Origin: Candidatus Berkelbacteria bacterium
GTDB lineage: Bacteria; Patescibacteriota; UBA1384; XYA2-FULL-43-10; CAINNR01
Reading direction: 5' to 3'
DNA: 64,000 nt
NCBI GenBank assembly: GCA_037142675.1
Contig: JBAXAF010000002.1
Location: 13,300 to 77,299 of the forward strand
Shown: in pieces, positions 42,999 through 52,923 of the stretch
Layout: each line of letters opens with the position of its first letter
Position numbering within the stretch: position 1 is the stretch's first letter
Program-made: the position numbers and the translations under genes
The notes under the pieces: model-generated
What the model was told of the DNA's origin: nothing
What the model saw: the letters and a program-made list of their open reading frames with translations, nothing else
Databases searched by the model: none

Positions 42999-43957
42999 TA
43001 TTTTAATTTTTTACTTTTAATCTCTCGCTTCATATCTGCAATTTCTTTTTTCAACTCAATCATTTTAAGTTCACGGCCAGTCATGTATTTATTTAGTTTC
43101 TCGAGATCTGCTGTTCGTTCTTTAATTTTTTCTTCAGTATTTTCTATAGAATTTTTTAGGGACGCTGTCATTTTATTGAAATCGACTGCAAATGAGCCAA
43201 TTTCATCCTTGCTATTAATGCTAACATTTGTTTCTAGTTTTCCACTTGTGATTTCTTTAGCTGCAACTTTAAACATGCCAAGTGGAACCATAAAGGTTTT
43301 GACTATGAGAGAAAGGATGAAGATCATAGCAAAGAAAAAGAGTGCAACAAATCCCATCATGCCCCATTTTTGAAAAACCATTAGACTGGCTAAATAATCT
43401 TTAGCTTCATCAATAGATTTGGTTGACGTCGCTGAGGCAGAATCAAGTTCTGATCCTCTTCTGGCAAGATATTTCTCAATTCCAGCCGCATAAATATCTT
43501 TTTGTTTGGTGTACTCCTCGCCATCCAATATTTTTTGGGCTTCTGCTAAATCATTTTTTTCTATTAAAGCGAAGGCTTCAGTTTCAAGATTAAATAAAGC
43601 ATCATTGGCCCCAGAAATGCTTTCAAAAATTGCCCTGTCTTCTGGATTTGCTTCAATTGCCTCCTCGATTCTCAAAAACAGCTTGGGAAGATATTTATCG
43701 TAGCGAGTTTTCCATTTTATGTCGCCTGTGAAAGCGTAGTTCCTAATTGACTGAGTCAGGACTTCGTCGTCATATCGTATCAGTTGGGCTGTGACATCGA
43801 GCTTAGAATTTTTCTGAACGTCTTCGATTGCTTTAGGCAAATTTTTTTTCAAATAATCTTCTATCGTCGTCGTACCCCGAATTGAGAAATATCCAAAAAA
43901 TCCAAAGATTAGAAAGATGGCACCGAAATATATTATAAATCTTTTTTTAATTGTCAT
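42998..43957 (-). CDS. HAMP-domain membrane protein with C-terminal coiled coil
   Basis: two TM helices flanking a periplasmic 4-helix region, HAMP (ITSGKLETNVSINSKDEIGSFAVDFNKM), coiled-coil tail GRELKMIELKKEI. Confidence 0.55.
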   Translation of the reverse strand: MTIKKRFIIYFGAIFLIFGFFGYFSIRGTTTIEDYLKKNLPKAIEDVQKNSKLDVTAQLIRYDDEVLTQSIRNYAFTGDIKWKTRYDKYLPKLFLRIEEAIEANPEDRAIFESISGANDALFNLETEAFALIEKNDLAEAQKILDGEEYTKQKDIYAAGIEKYLARRGSELDSASATSTKSIDEAKDYLASLMVFQKWGMMGFVALFFFAMIFILSLIVKTFMVPLGMFKVAAKEITSGKLETNVSINSKDEIGSFAVDFNKMTASLKNSIENTEEKIKERTADLEKLNKYMTGRELKMIELKKEIADMKREIKSKKLK

Positions 43958-44157
43958 TTAACTTCCTTTATAATTTCCAAAATATCTTGGACAATCTTCA
44001 TGTGTCGCTCTTCGTCATCGTGAATTCCCTGAATAACCTCTTTTTCATGGGCAGTTTCTTTTTCTAACAGAAGTTCCTGATAATAATCATGAGCTTTTTT
44101 TTCGATCGAAAATAACTCTTCGAATGACTGGACTAATTTTTCCTTGCTTTGGCTCAT
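43954..44157 (-). CDS. small hypothetical protein
   Basis: 67 aa, ATGA-coupled. Confidence 0.3.
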   Translation of the reverse strand: MSQSKEKLVQSFEELFSIEKKAHDYYQELLLEKETAHEKEVIQGIHDDEERHMKIVQDILEIIKEVK

Positions 44158-44687
44158 GATAAATCCCTTAGCGCTTGTTCGTGCCGTTTACTATCTGATA
44201 GCAAAACTTGCAGTTTGGTAATTATTAACTCTTTTTGATCTCTTTTTAGATCTGACGCTTGAATCATTTTCTCATATTCATTTTCCAGAGACTCAACAAC
44301 GCTTTCTTCTAGTTTAATGCCGTCAGAGTACCTGCTATCAACTACCGTTTGTGGAATATTTTTACCCTGTTTCAATTCTTCAATTTCTTTTTTCAGCTCA
44401 ATCATTTTCAATTCTCGACCGATCATTAACTTATTCATTTTCTCTAACTCCCCAACTTTCTCGTCAACATTCGCTGGAACTGAAATATCTTTCAGATTAG
44501 ATTTTTTTCTTTTCAATAAACCTTTGCGCAAAGATTCCAAAGAAGAGGCGAGTTTTGACAACTCGTCTCCGCCTTTGGATTGGATAACTCTTTTTTCCAA
44601 ATTGCCTCTTGCAATTCTATTTGTAGAAACCACCAAGCTATCCAATCTTTTTTTTGAAACTAGTACTTCGCCTGCCCCTCCAGCCAT
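44154..44687 (-). CDS. coiled-coil protein sharing the GRELKMIELKKEIEELK motif with the HAMP protein
   Basis: 177 aa, predicted helical. Confidence 0.35.
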   Translation of the reverse strand: MAGGAGEVLVSKKRLDSLVVSTNRIARGNLEKRVIQSKGGDELSKLASSLESLRKGLLKRKKSNLKDISVPANVDEKVGELEKMNKLMIGRELKMIELKKEIEELKQGKNIPQTVVDSRYSDGIKLEESVVESLENEYEKMIQASDLKRDQKELIITKLQVLLSDSKRHEQALRDLS

Positions 44688-44700
44688 ATATACCCTATTG

Positions 44701-45153
44701 TTATCTTGTTACACTAATCGTTTTGCTATTTTCTGCGCTTGGCGCCGCCACTGTAATTCTGTTGTTGGCAGTTTTTAAGATTGTATATCCTGCGCTATTC
44801 ACCGTTCCACCAGTTGGATCTTTTGGAATAGAGGTTAAATATTTTTCGCTGGCTGTCAAAACACCAAGATCAATTAAACCAGTGCAAGTTCCGCCAGTTG
44901 CACAAACAGCCGTCGGTGTTGTTGTGATTGTTGCCGGAATTGTCCCATTAGTATCGACTGCATACTGATAGGCAGCATTTAGAATTGTATTTACGTCGGT
45001 CTCACGTTGTGCATTTCGCGAATCAGCAAGTTGTTTTGCTGGGTTAATAGCAATAATAACGATTGCTGCCAAAATTGCGATGATAGCGATGACCAAAAGA
45101 ATTTCAAGCAGTGTGAAACCTTTTTTTGTTTTACATTTTTTTACACAACCCAT
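44701..45153 (-). CDS. type IV pilin (major pilin paralogue A)
   Basis: prepilin leader KKGFTLLEILLVIAIIAILAAIVIIAI; 150 aa. Confidence 0.85.
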   Translation of the reverse strand: MGCVKKCKTKKGFTLLEILLVIAIIAILAAIVIIAINPAKQLADSRNAQRETDVNTILNAAYQYAVDTNGTIPATITTTPTAVCATGGTCTGLIDLGVLTASEKYLTSIPKDPTGGTVNSAGYTILKTANNRITVAAPSAENSKTISVTR

Positions 45154-45178
45154 AATCTCCTCCTATTAAAAATACTAA

Positions 45179-45652
45179 TTATTTTGTCACACTAACTGTT
45201 TTACCTTGCTCAGCACTTGGCGCACAAACCGTAATTCTGTTATTAGCGCTTTTGGAGATGTAATAACCGGTGCCATCAGTTGATGATGTTGTAGGATCAA
45301 TTGGCAGTGATGTAACGTATTTCTGAGCTGTGGTCAAAACAGAAAGATCAACTCCAGCCGAACAGGTGCCAGTTGCGGTGGCTTTGCAGATTTGGTTAGC
45401 AGCAACAAGAGCACAAGAACCAGTCGGGATAGTTGGCATTGATCCACTGTTGTCGATAGCATACTGATAAGTAGCGTTTAACACTGTCTCAACGTCTGTT
45501 TGACGCTGTGCATTTCGCGAATCAGCAAGTTGTTTTGCTGGGTTAATAGCAATAATAACGATTGCTGCCAAAATTGCGATGATAGCGATGACCAAAAGAA
45601 TTTCAAGCAGTGTGAAACCTTTTTTTGTTTTAAATCTCATAATCCCCTCCAT
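45179..45652 (-). CDS. type IV pilin (major pilin paralogue B)
   Basis: same leader/N-terminal 56 aa as paralogue A; divergent C-terminal domain. Confidence 0.85.
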   Translation of the reverse strand: MEGIMRFKTKKGFTLLEILLVIAIIAILAAIVIIAINPAKQLADSRNAQRQTDVETVLNATYQYAIDNSGSMPTIPTGSCALVAANQICKATATGTCSAGVDLSVLTTAQKYVTSLPIDPTTSSTDGTGYYISKSANNRITVCAPSAEQGKTVSVTK

Positions 45653-45677
45653 TTATTTAACTATTTAAACTATTATA

Positions 45678-46121
45678 TCAGAAATCTGCCACCTCTTGCC
45701 AAGAGGAGATAATAATCTTTGGCGAAATTTGGCTAATGGTAACTTTAACTTTTCTGACCACACCATTGATTGTACCGCTGGAGTCAATTGTTCGAATCTG
45801 ACCAACGCCAGCTGTTACAGTCGAGGTGCAGCTATCGCCGTTGATTGTTAAATTATTAGTACCGGAGTAAGCGGTGTTATCTCTGATTCGCTGAAGTGCA
45901 TCTTCGGCACAAGCATCTGCTAGTGATTTGCCAATGTCAGATTGGGATAACGCCAACGAAGAACGAGAGTAAGATAATCCAAGAAAAAGCATTGAAGTTG
46001 CTACAACTAAACCTACGGCAGAAACAACAAGGACACCTATTAATGTAACGTATCCTGGTTTGGTTTCGACCAGAGGCCGACCAGCCTTGGGCTGGTGTAT
46101 CTTGTAATAAATATTATTCAT
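45678..46121 (-). CDS. putative minor pilin / pilus assembly protein
   Basis: 147 aa, N-terminal hydrophobic helix, within pilus operon. Confidence 0.4.
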   Translation of the reverse strand: MNNIYYKIHQPKAGRPLVETKPGYVTLIGVLVVSAVGLVVATSMLFLGLSYSRSSLALSQSDIGKSLADACAEDALQRIRDNTAYSGTNNLTINGDSCTSTVTAGVGQIRTIDSSGTINGVVRKVKVTISQISPKIIISSWQEVADF

Positions 46122-46684
46122 CTTAAACTAGCTGCCCCAGTAAAAGTTTTTGAAAAATCATATTCATTGCGACCAGAATTATTAATATAGCTGACTGTAA
46201 AAGATACCTTTATTACCCCCTTGGTCGACGCAGCAGAGAGGTTTTGGAAGTTAAGTGCTGTGATTGCAACCTTTGGGGTCGTTAAGTTAACTGGAGCAAG
46301 CGCGTCTTCTGAAACTCTAATGGTGCCAGTTGTTAAATCAAAAACCGTTGGGTTTTTTGCCGGTGTAGTTGACGTCAATGTGATAGCTGCGGCCGAAGTA
46401 CCAACGGCAGGGGAGGCAATACTACTTGAATTGCGAATGGCCTGCGTAATCTGTTCCATGGCGATTGTTCCCTGCTGTTCGACTTCAGCGATAGTCTGAT
46501 TTTTTACTCTGGAACGCAAAGTTTCAAAATAAAAAACTGAAACTGAAAGTAAAATAATGCCAGTTAGTGAGATATACAACAACAATTCAATTAAAGTGAA
46601 TCCTTTTTGATTTAAATTTTCTGATTTTGAGTTACAATTTTGCATTTTAACTTTCGAATTTTGAGTTTTTAAAAAATGTCCCAA
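46118..46684 (-). CDS. prepilin-type N-terminal cleavage/methylation domain protein (minor pilin)
   Basis: KGFTLIELLLYISL leader. Confidence 0.7.
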   Translation of the reverse strand: MGHFLKTQNSKVKMQNCNSKSENLNQKGFTLIELLLYISLTGIILLSVSVFYFETLRSRVKNQTIAEVEQQGTIAMEQITQAIRNSSSIASPAVGTSAAAITLTSTTPAKNPTVFDLTTGTIRVSEDALAPVNLTTPKVAITALNFQNLSAASTKGVIKVSFTVSYINNSGRNEYDFSKTFTGAASLR

Positions 46685-48423
46685 GCGAAATCATAATAAT
46701 AATCCTCAGGCGAGGCGCCAGATGAAACATGATTATTGAAACCCCAGGCGTCAGCAGATCCATAGACTGCATGGGCTGTTCCATTCCAAACAATTGAAGA
46801 CAGCGATCTATTCTGCTCGCCCAAAAGTATCATTAGATCATTAGTCGTTGGATTTGCTATGGTCCGTACGGTTTTTAAGTTTGAACCAAGATTATTGATT
46901 GTAGTGGCAGCGGCATCAAAGGTATTTGTTGTTGGATTATACTTTTTTATTTGTGGTGTCACACTTTGATTAGCGTAAAGGGCAATTGCATTTACTCCCG
47001 CCATTTCGTAGCCGACATCATAGGCTTTTTGAATATCGGCATCAGCTAAAGTCGCAACAATTTGATTAGTTGGATTTGTTAAAGTTGGAGTAATGTCTGC
47101 CCGATAGCAAATTACTTGTGGTACCGTGTTTTGACTACAAACCAGGAACTCATTACTACTCGGTCTAGCCATCACTCTCATAGCAGCTAACCTGGTAGGA
47201 GATGATCCTTGATTCGCCCCGTTCGTGGTATTACTCCAGCTTCCGCCTCCTGTACCGTTAGCAGTGAAAACTTTGTAGCGGATTGAGCGATCATTTTGAT
47301 TATTGCTAAAAGCCATTAGGCCCTTAGTTGGGGAAAGCGGGCTCCAATCAAAATCAATTAATCGTTTTGTAGCAACCGGCGCCTGAGTCGAGTGCTCAGA
47401 GTGAGCAGTCCAGTCGGCTGTCGTGTAGCCTGTGCCATCATAGTATTGGGAGTTTGTGTCAGATTGATTGTCGAATACTATTGCCATAATCTCGCTAGTT
47501 CCAGGCCGGACTTTCATTACAATGTAGACAGGTACGCCACCAGAAATTTGGGCCGAAACTGCGGAACCCCAAACTGAACCGTTCCAAACTCGAAATTTTG
47601 GCGTTGTAGTGTTATCGGAGTACATGGTGACAAAATCACCATTTGCCAAATAAACCCCATCGAAATTCTGAACATCCAAAAAGGTGATCGCTGGAATTGT
47701 CGAAATTAATGTCGGTGTATTCCAAGTAGTTCCGTTCCAAACTTGAGAATAGATGTATTGATTAACTCCATTGTAGTGCCGGGAAATTAGAATTTTTTCA
47801 TTTCTAGTAGTCGAAGAGTAAAGTTTGGCTGCTCGCATGACCTTGTTGGTTGTTGCACCGTCGACATCAGAAGTCGCGGCGGCGGCACTCCAAGTGTTAG
47901 TATTGGCATCAAAAATTTTGTACTCCATGGCATCTGTCGTAGTACCACCATTACTGTAAACGAGCATGCCGCCTTTATTGACCGAAACTGTTGTTGACCA
48001 GTTAGCTAAGTAAGTTGTAAGGGCAATTGATCCAGAGCGTTGCAAATTTTGTACCCAAGTGACAGTTGAGGTAATTTTTTTACGTTTCGAATCAACCGTA
48101 GAGATATTAATCGCTCTAGAAAAAATGTCAGTTACGTCTGGTGTTGAAACTGGCACAAGAGAATATGTCGTGCCTGAGACCGCTAAACTATAATTGCCGT
48201 CAGACAAATTAGCCCAGGCGTTGTCACGAATATTTCGCACCGCCTCTAGGCCCTCCTTGGCTACAAAGTGGGCACGGTCGCGTTTGCCAGCCAATGCAGT
48301 GCTCTCTCTGCCATATATATAAGCGCCAGAAAAAGCTGTTACAACCAGAGAGAAAAGAGCGGCGGCCAAAAGCGCTTCAACTATACTATATGATTTTCTA
48401 GTTTTTAGTAGATATTTTTTCAT
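46669..48423 (-). CDS. large pilus-associated protein with pseudopilin-like N-terminus
   Basis: 584 aa; N-terminal SYSIVEALLAAALFSLVV; Thr/Ser/Asn-rich beta-rich body. Confidence 0.45.
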   Translation of the reverse strand: MKKYLLKTRKSYSIVEALLAAALFSLVVTAFSGAYIYGRESTALAGKRDRAHFVAKEGLEAVRNIRDNAWANLSDGNYSLAVSGTTYSLVPVSTPDVTDIFSRAINISTVDSKRKKITSTVTWVQNLQRSGSIALTTYLANWSTTVSVNKGGMLVYSNGGTTTDAMEYKIFDANTNTWSAAAATSDVDGATTNKVMRAAKLYSSTTRNEKILISRHYNGVNQYIYSQVWNGTTWNTPTLISTIPAITFLDVQNFDGVYLANGDFVTMYSDNTTTPKFRVWNGSVWGSAVSAQISGGVPVYIVMKVRPGTSEIMAIVFDNQSDTNSQYYDGTGYTTADWTAHSEHSTQAPVATKRLIDFDWSPLSPTKGLMAFSNNQNDRSIRYKVFTANGTGGGSWSNTTNGANQGSSPTRLAAMRVMARPSSNEFLVCSQNTVPQVICYRADITPTLTNPTNQIVATLADADIQKAYDVGYEMAGVNAIALYANQSVTPQIKKYNPTTNTFDAAATTINNLGSNLKTVRTIANPTTNDLMILLGEQNRSLSSIVWNGTAHAVYGSADAWGFNNHVSSGASPEDYYYDFAWDIF

Positions 48424-48860
48424 TAAAAATCTGCCACGCCTTTAGCGTTTATTGTGATAGTCCTTGAATCGTTTTGCACCGAAGTCATTGTTAAAGATGG
48501 AGTTGAATTTGGAACACCAGTCATTTTTGCAAAATAAATTTCAGTCGGTGCCGACAATGTCATGTTGGTTGGAAATGTTGTTATTTCATCATAGGTCGCG
48601 TCACGGCCAACATAGGTTGTGCCTTTATACAATGTAATATTGCCTGGATCAATTCGAACACCCCACGATGAATCACCCTGAGACGAGATTGATAATACCT
48701 GTGACCGACGAAGTGCCTGCTCAAAACTCTGGGCAGCAACATCCAAATCGTTTTTATTTTGTGATCGCAAATAAAGAGGAACCGAAAATCCAGCGATCAC
48801 CGTAATTGTTGCGACCGAGAGCAAAACTTCAATTAAAGTGAAACCGGTTCTTTTCTTCAT
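48423..48860 (-). CDS. prepilin-type N-terminal domain protein (minor pilin)
   Basis: TGFTLIEVLLSVATITVIAG leader. Confidence 0.7.
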   Translation of the reverse strand: MKKRTGFTLIEVLLSVATITVIAGFSVPLYLRSQNKNDLDVAAQSFEQALRRSQVLSISSQGDSSWGVRIDPGNITLYKGTTYVGRDATYDEITTFPTNMTLSAPTEIYFAKMTGVPNSTPSLTMTSVQNDSRTITINAKGVADF

Positions 48861-48861
48861 A

Positions 48862-49980
48862 CTATTGAATAGCGCTATTCATGCCGCCAACCAAACCGTA
48901 AATCGGCATAATTACTGAAAGTGCGACAAATAGGACTCCGAGCCAAACAATAACCAGAAATACGGGTTCCAAAATTGTTGCTAGGTTTTTTGCTGAGACA
49001 TCAGCTTTTTCCTCGTACATTTGACCAATTCGGATTAATGTTTCTGACAAACTTCCAGACTGCTCGCTAACTATTATCATTTGTTGAATTGTTTTCGGCA
49101 TTAACTTTGCACTTCCTTTGTAACTTGCAAAGCTTTTCTGGAAACTGTTTCCCTCACTGATAGTTTTTGAAACTGCTGTGTAGAACTTGGTGTACGCTGT
49201 AATTGTTGAAGAGTCAGCTAAAGCATCCAGTGCTTCAACTATTGGCATGCCAGCATCAATCAAACTTCCAAGAATATAACCGGACCGAGAAAGTTCTGAT
49301 TGCAGCAATATGCCTCTGGTTGCAGGAATAGCAAAAATTATTGCCTGTCCGATAAATTTTGTTGAAGGAAAAAAGAAAATAAAATACACAAGCAGTAGCA
49401 AACCACCAAGAAATGATGGGACAAATATTAGACCGTCGGCTCGAAGAAAATTTCCAAATGAAATAAGAGCAATGGTAATTTTTGGCAATTTCACATGAAG
49501 CTGGGAAAAAACCGTAGATAATTTCGGTAAAATAAACCAGGTAACGCCTGAGCCAACAAAAAGAATGAGGAAAAAAACAAACAAAGGGTACGCCATTGCC
49601 GAACGAATTTTAGACCTAAACATTTTATCTTTGGACTGACTTTGTGCAACAATCTTTAAGTTTTCCGATAACCTGCCTGATTGTTCTCCAATACGAATAA
49701 GTGAGATAAAATGTTTTTGAAATATTCCAGCTTTCTCCATCGAACGCCAGAGCGTAGCTCCAGAAGCAATATCATCTAAAAGCTCTGTGATAATTTTTTT
49801 AAGCGCACCTGACCTAACCTCCTCCTTTAAAGACTGAAGTGCGGCGACAATTGGCATACCAGAAGCAAGTAGCACCGAAAGGTTCTCAATAAAAAAATCT
49901 TTTTCTTCACCAATCATTAAATTGGTAAAAAAACTTAGTTTATTCTGCGTAGTTTTTTTCTCAAGCTTTTTTTCCACCAT
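48862..49980 (-). CDS. pilC: type IV pilus assembly platform protein PilC (GspF family)
   Basis: 372 aa; duplicated GspF-type domains with TM helices. Confidence 0.85.
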   Translation of the reverse strand: MVEKKLEKKTTQNKLSFFTNLMIGEEKDFFIENLSVLLASGMPIVAALQSLKEEVRSGALKKIITELLDDIASGATLWRSMEKAGIFQKHFISLIRIGEQSGRLSENLKIVAQSQSKDKMFRSKIRSAMAYPLFVFFLILFVGSGVTWFILPKLSTVFSQLHVKLPKITIALISFGNFLRADGLIFVPSFLGGLLLLVYFIFFFPSTKFIGQAIIFAIPATRGILLQSELSRSGYILGSLIDAGMPIVEALDALADSSTITAYTKFYTAVSKTISEGNSFQKSFASYKGSAKLMPKTIQQMIIVSEQSGSLSETLIRIGQMYEEKADVSAKNLATILEPVFLVIVWLGVLFVALSVIMPIYGLVGGMNSAIQ

Positions 49981-49981
49981 A

Positions 49982-51664
49982 CTACTCCGGAGGATTTGCT
50001 ACGCGTATTAATTCATCCAATGTAGTGACACCGGCCAATACTTTATCCAAGCCATCTTCAAACATGGTGCGATTCCCAGCTTTAGTTGCAATCTGGCGGA
50101 TTTCCTCTGATGATGGATGCTCCATGATTTTGGCTTTAATTTCCTTAGTCATTTCTATCATTTCAAAAATTGCTGTTCTACCTTTAAACCCGCTATGGTT
50201 GCAAGCTTCACAACCGGGAGCCACGTAGAGAGAAGCCTTTTCTGGTAAATATTTAGCGGCTTCAGGATATTTTTCTTTGATCTGAGCTGTTGATAGTGAC
50301 AAGCTTTTACGGCATTTTTCACAAAGCTTTCTTACTAACCGCTGAGCAATAATTATTTCCAATGTTGATGATAATAAAAACGGTTCAATTTCCATATCAA
50401 GTAATCTTGGTACAGCCGTAGCAGCATCGTTTGCATGAAAAGTTGAAAGCAAAAGATGGCCAGTAAGAGCCGCATTAACAGCAATTTCAGCTGTTTCGTT
50501 ATCACGTATTTCTCCGACAAGAATAATATCTGGATCCTGACGAACAATTGACCGAAGCCCCTTAGCAAAAGTTAAGTTAGTTTGAGAGTTTACTTGGATC
50601 TGGTTAACCCCAGTAATTCGATACTCAGCCGGGTCTTCAATAGTGGTAATATTTTTGTCAGGCGTATTTAGCATTTTTAGAACTGCATACAAGGAAGTTG
50701 TTTTTCCTGAGCCAGTCGGACCGGTAACCAAAATCATACCGAAAGGTTTTTTTGAAAATTTCTCAAGTCGCTCCTCATCGTCATGGGCTAACCCAAGATC
50801 AGACATTGTGAAGCTTCGAACGTATTGAGAAAGCAGACGTATAGAAACTTTCTCACCATCTAATATTGGAACCACAGAAACACGCATATCAACGTAACCT
50901 TCTGGGTTAGTGTAGCGCATAGAACCGTCCTGGGCTGCAGTATGTTCGTCAATTCTCAAATGCGACTCAACCTTTATTCGATTTAGAATATTCTCGTAAT
51001 ACTCTTTTGGAATTTTTCCAGCTTCCTGCAAGGCACCATCGACACGAAAGCGAATGATGGTTTCAGTTTCTTGCGGCTCAAAGTGAACATCTGAAGCATG
51101 AAAATTTATTGCATCGTTAAAAATTTCAGACAGCACTTCTGGCGCGAATTTTTCCGATTTCTCTATAATTTCTGAAAATCTAGTTTTTAGTGTCCGGCGG
51201 AAATTAATAAATTGGTCATTAATATCTTGTGTGTTTGCATAGTAAATTTCAACTTTTTTTCCAGCAAAAAACTTTTCCATTTCTGTCACAATCCCAGTTT
51301 GCTTTGGATCATCGGTAGCAACTATAACCTTTGTCGCGTCTTCTTTAAACGGGACGGCTTTAAACTTTTTGGCGACAGCTTCGGGTAATTTCAAAAGCAG
51401 CTCCTTTACAGGAGGATTAGATCCCAAGTCAGCATATTTAATATCGTAGGCCTCTGCGACAGCCTGCCCTAGTGTGTCCTGACTAATTATTGCCTCCTCA
51501 AAAAGCCAGTCAACAAAAGACGAGCCACGCTCCTTGGCTTTTTCTTCAGCTTTAGCGATATTTTCAGCCGAAACATAATTCTCTCGCAAGAGAATATCTT
51601 TCAACTTGTCGTCACTAATCACTCCCCTCCTTACACAGACGAATTTACTCGAGAATCGCACCAA
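49982..51664 (-). CDS. pilB: type IV pilus assembly ATPase PilB (GspE family)
   Basis: Walker A VTGPTGSGKTTSLYA, Asp/His boxes, C-terminal Cys cluster. Confidence 0.9.
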   Translation of the reverse strand: MVRFSSKFVCVRRGVISDDKLKDILLRENYVSAENIAKAEEKAKERGSSFVDWLFEEAIISQDTLGQAVAEAYDIKYADLGSNPPVKELLLKLPEAVAKKFKAVPFKEDATKVIVATDDPKQTGIVTEMEKFFAGKKVEIYYANTQDINDQFINFRRTLKTRFSEIIEKSEKFAPEVLSEIFNDAINFHASDVHFEPQETETIIRFRVDGALQEAGKIPKEYYENILNRIKVESHLRIDEHTAAQDGSMRYTNPEGYVDMRVSVVPILDGEKVSIRLLSQYVRSFTMSDLGLAHDDEERLEKFSKKPFGMILVTGPTGSGKTTSLYAVLKMLNTPDKNITTIEDPAEYRITGVNQIQVNSQTNLTFAKGLRSIVRQDPDIILVGEIRDNETAEIAVNAALTGHLLLSTFHANDAATAVPRLLDMEIEPFLLSSTLEIIIAQRLVRKLCEKCRKSLSLSTAQIKEKYPEAAKYLPEKASLYVAPGCEACNHSGFKGRTAIFEMIEMTKEIKAKIMEHPSSEEIRQIATKAGNRTMFEDGLDKVLAGVTTLDELIRVANPPE

Positions 51665-52013
51665 TCTTTTCGACTATCTCGGCAACAGAAACATTTGATT
51701 TAATATAGAAATCTTTTGCACCAAGTGCCTTGGCTTTTTCTTCATCCTCGGGTTGGCTTAAATTGGATGCAACAATTACCGGAGTTTCAATACCAGCTTT
51801 TTTGGCGCCCTCAAGAAAACCAAAACCATCAAGTTTTGGCATAATTAAGTCCAGGACAATCAAATCAAAATCTCCGCTCTTTGCCTCTTCGAGTGCCTCT
51901 TCACCGTTTGAAGCCACGGTCACAACAAAACCTGAATGTTCAAGTTTTAATTTGAGGGCCTCGGCTATCGCTTGTTCGTCTTCAGCAACCAAAATCTTCT
52001 TGCCTTCAGGCAT
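51645..52013 (-). CDS. single-domain response regulator (CheY-like)
   Basis: 122 aa receiver domain. Confidence 0.75.
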   Translation of the reverse strand: MPEGKKILVAEDEQAIAEALKLKLEHSGFVVTVASNGEEALEEAKSGDFDLIVLDLIMPKLDGFGFLEGAKKAGIETPVIVASNLSQPEDEEKAKALGAKDFYIKSNVSVAEIVEKIGAILE

Positions 52014-52082
52014 AATCCTCCTAACTATTTAGTTAAATCCATTTTATCATGAGTGCGATAATAATGGCAAATTTATTTAGAT

Positions 52083-52544
52083 CTATTTTGCGACTTTGAC
52101 TTTTGCTGGGCGCAATATTCCACCAGCAAATTTGTAGCCGGATAAAATTTCTTCAACGATAATCCCAGATGCTTGGTCGGAATCGACTTCCTCAATTGCT
52201 TCGTGTAATTCAGGGCTGAATTCCTGACCAATCGAATCGATCCGTTCTAAACCATTTTCAAACAAAATATTTTCAAACTGTTTTTCGATTTGTTTAATTC
52301 CTTGAGCCCAATTATCAGTGTCTAATTCTTTTGGTAAATGCTTGGCTGCCAGTTGAAAATGATCTAAAACGGGTAAAAGTTGATCGATAATGTCAGCGCC
52401 AGCGCCTTGAATTAATTTGATTCGCTCATCAGCGGCCTGTTTTTTGAAATTAACAAAATCAGCCTGAGTTCGCTGCCAACCAGCGGTTAATTCAGCAATT
52501 CTCTCTTCTAAATCTTTAGCTTTCTTGCTCTCTACTTTTTTCAT
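52083..52544 (-). CDS. grpE: nucleotide exchange factor GrpE
   Basis: coiled-coil N-terminus and C-terminal beta domain ending ILRPAKVKV; 153 aa. Confidence 0.75.
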   Translation of the reverse strand: MKKVESKKAKDLEERIAELTAGWQRTQADFVNFKKQAADERIKLIQGAGADIIDQLLPVLDHFQLAAKHLPKELDTDNWAQGIKQIEKQFENILFENGLERIDSIGQEFSPELHEAIEEVDSDQASGIIVEEILSGYKFAGGILRPAKVKVAK

Positions 52545-52559
52545 AATATTTTTTAAATA

Positions 52560-52915
52560 AATTGCCTTGCCCGAGTGATTCGGGCAAGGACCAGAATGAT
52601 TGTTCTTGGCGGCCTCTCAGGCCGCAATGTGGACGCGACCACAGTTGCAGGTGATGGCATTACCTGCCAAGGTTGCCATCGAAGTGTTCGTTGCTGTATC
52701 GGCGAGTATTACCCTCGGACAAACCTCGCAGGTAGTGAGCTTAATCAACCTGCTCGCGTCCCAGTAATACTGAGAATTGCAGACCGCGCAACGCAGTACC
52801 AGTCTGCTCTTGCGTAAGACAACTACCGTTCCCTTCACTACCAGCCTCTCCGAACAGTCGTGATTCGGTGCCACGGTGATACCTCCGTGAATCAGGCTAA
52901 GACTTGTTATATAAT
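52560..52915. other. GC-rich ~350-bp noncoding block with terminal hairpin (candidate structured RNA, unidentified)
   Basis: GC far above flanks in an AT-rich genome; hairpin CCTTGCCCGAGTGATTCGGGCAAGG at 52565-52589; overlapping six-frame ORFs look like GC artefacts. Confidence 0.3.
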
Positions 52916-52923
52916 AGTACCTG

